A DNA stretch of 64,000 nt from an uncultured Bacteroidales bacterium (GTDB lineage: Bacteria > Bacteroidota > Bacteroidia > Bacteroidales > JAGOPY01): assembly GCA_963701785.1 (NCBI GenBank), contig CAVPBC010000002.1, forward strand, positions 2,596,124 through 2,660,123, given 5' to 3'. Below are positions 63,986 through 64,000 of this stretch, piece after piece; the stretch's first letter is position 1; each line of letters starts with the position of its first letter. The notes beneath the pieces were generated by a model. The model had not been told where the DNA came from and ran no database searches. It saw only the letters and a program-made list of their open reading frames with translations. A program made the translations under genes and the position numbers.

Positions 63986-64000
63986 AATTGGGATAGCTAA

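Overview
Chromosomal segment of an apparently anaerobic Bacteroidota bacterium, probably Bacteroidales-like. Evidence: TAnnTTTG -7 promoter boxes, mostly SD-less A-rich starts, DUF1573, and Rho with an N-terminal insertion. About 17 genes, including housekeeping ones, are split, almost always by a single extra base. This points to uncorrected long-read consensus errors, so I report these genes as joined CDSs. Content in order: two USPs, an HD protein and a membrane class III adenylate cyclase; an amino-acid fermentation block (ADP-forming acyl-CoA synthetase, aminotransferase, four-subunit VOR-type 2-oxoacid:ferredoxin oxidoreductase); housekeeping genes (namZ, lolE-like, cysH, mpl, rho, gcvP, hppA, nupC, thyA, folA); arcC-argF; rex; a group 3d NAD-linked [NiFe]-hydrogenase locus (hypB, hypF-X-hypD-hypE, hoxFUYHW, DHODH-like flavoprotein); a C1A protease; an Rrf2 gene with a Pst-like ABC transporter and outer-membrane channel; GH127, GH109, SDR and AraC. 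Main leads: (1) the Pst-like binding protein has lost nearly all phosphate-binding hydroxyl/carboxylate residues and sits behind a four-Cys Rrf2, so it may import sulfate or another non-phosphate oxyanion; (2) a five-site TGT(T/G)A-N6-T(A/C)ACA motif links rex, hox, vor, the aminotransferase and gcvP; (3) the hyp cluster lacks hypA and hypC but carries an NTF2-like lipoprotein and a Cys-rich protein under a perfect Fur-type palindrome; (4) sequence-diverse 7-bp tandem repeats recur at gene junctions. I saw no rRNA, tRNA, CRISPR array or mobile element.
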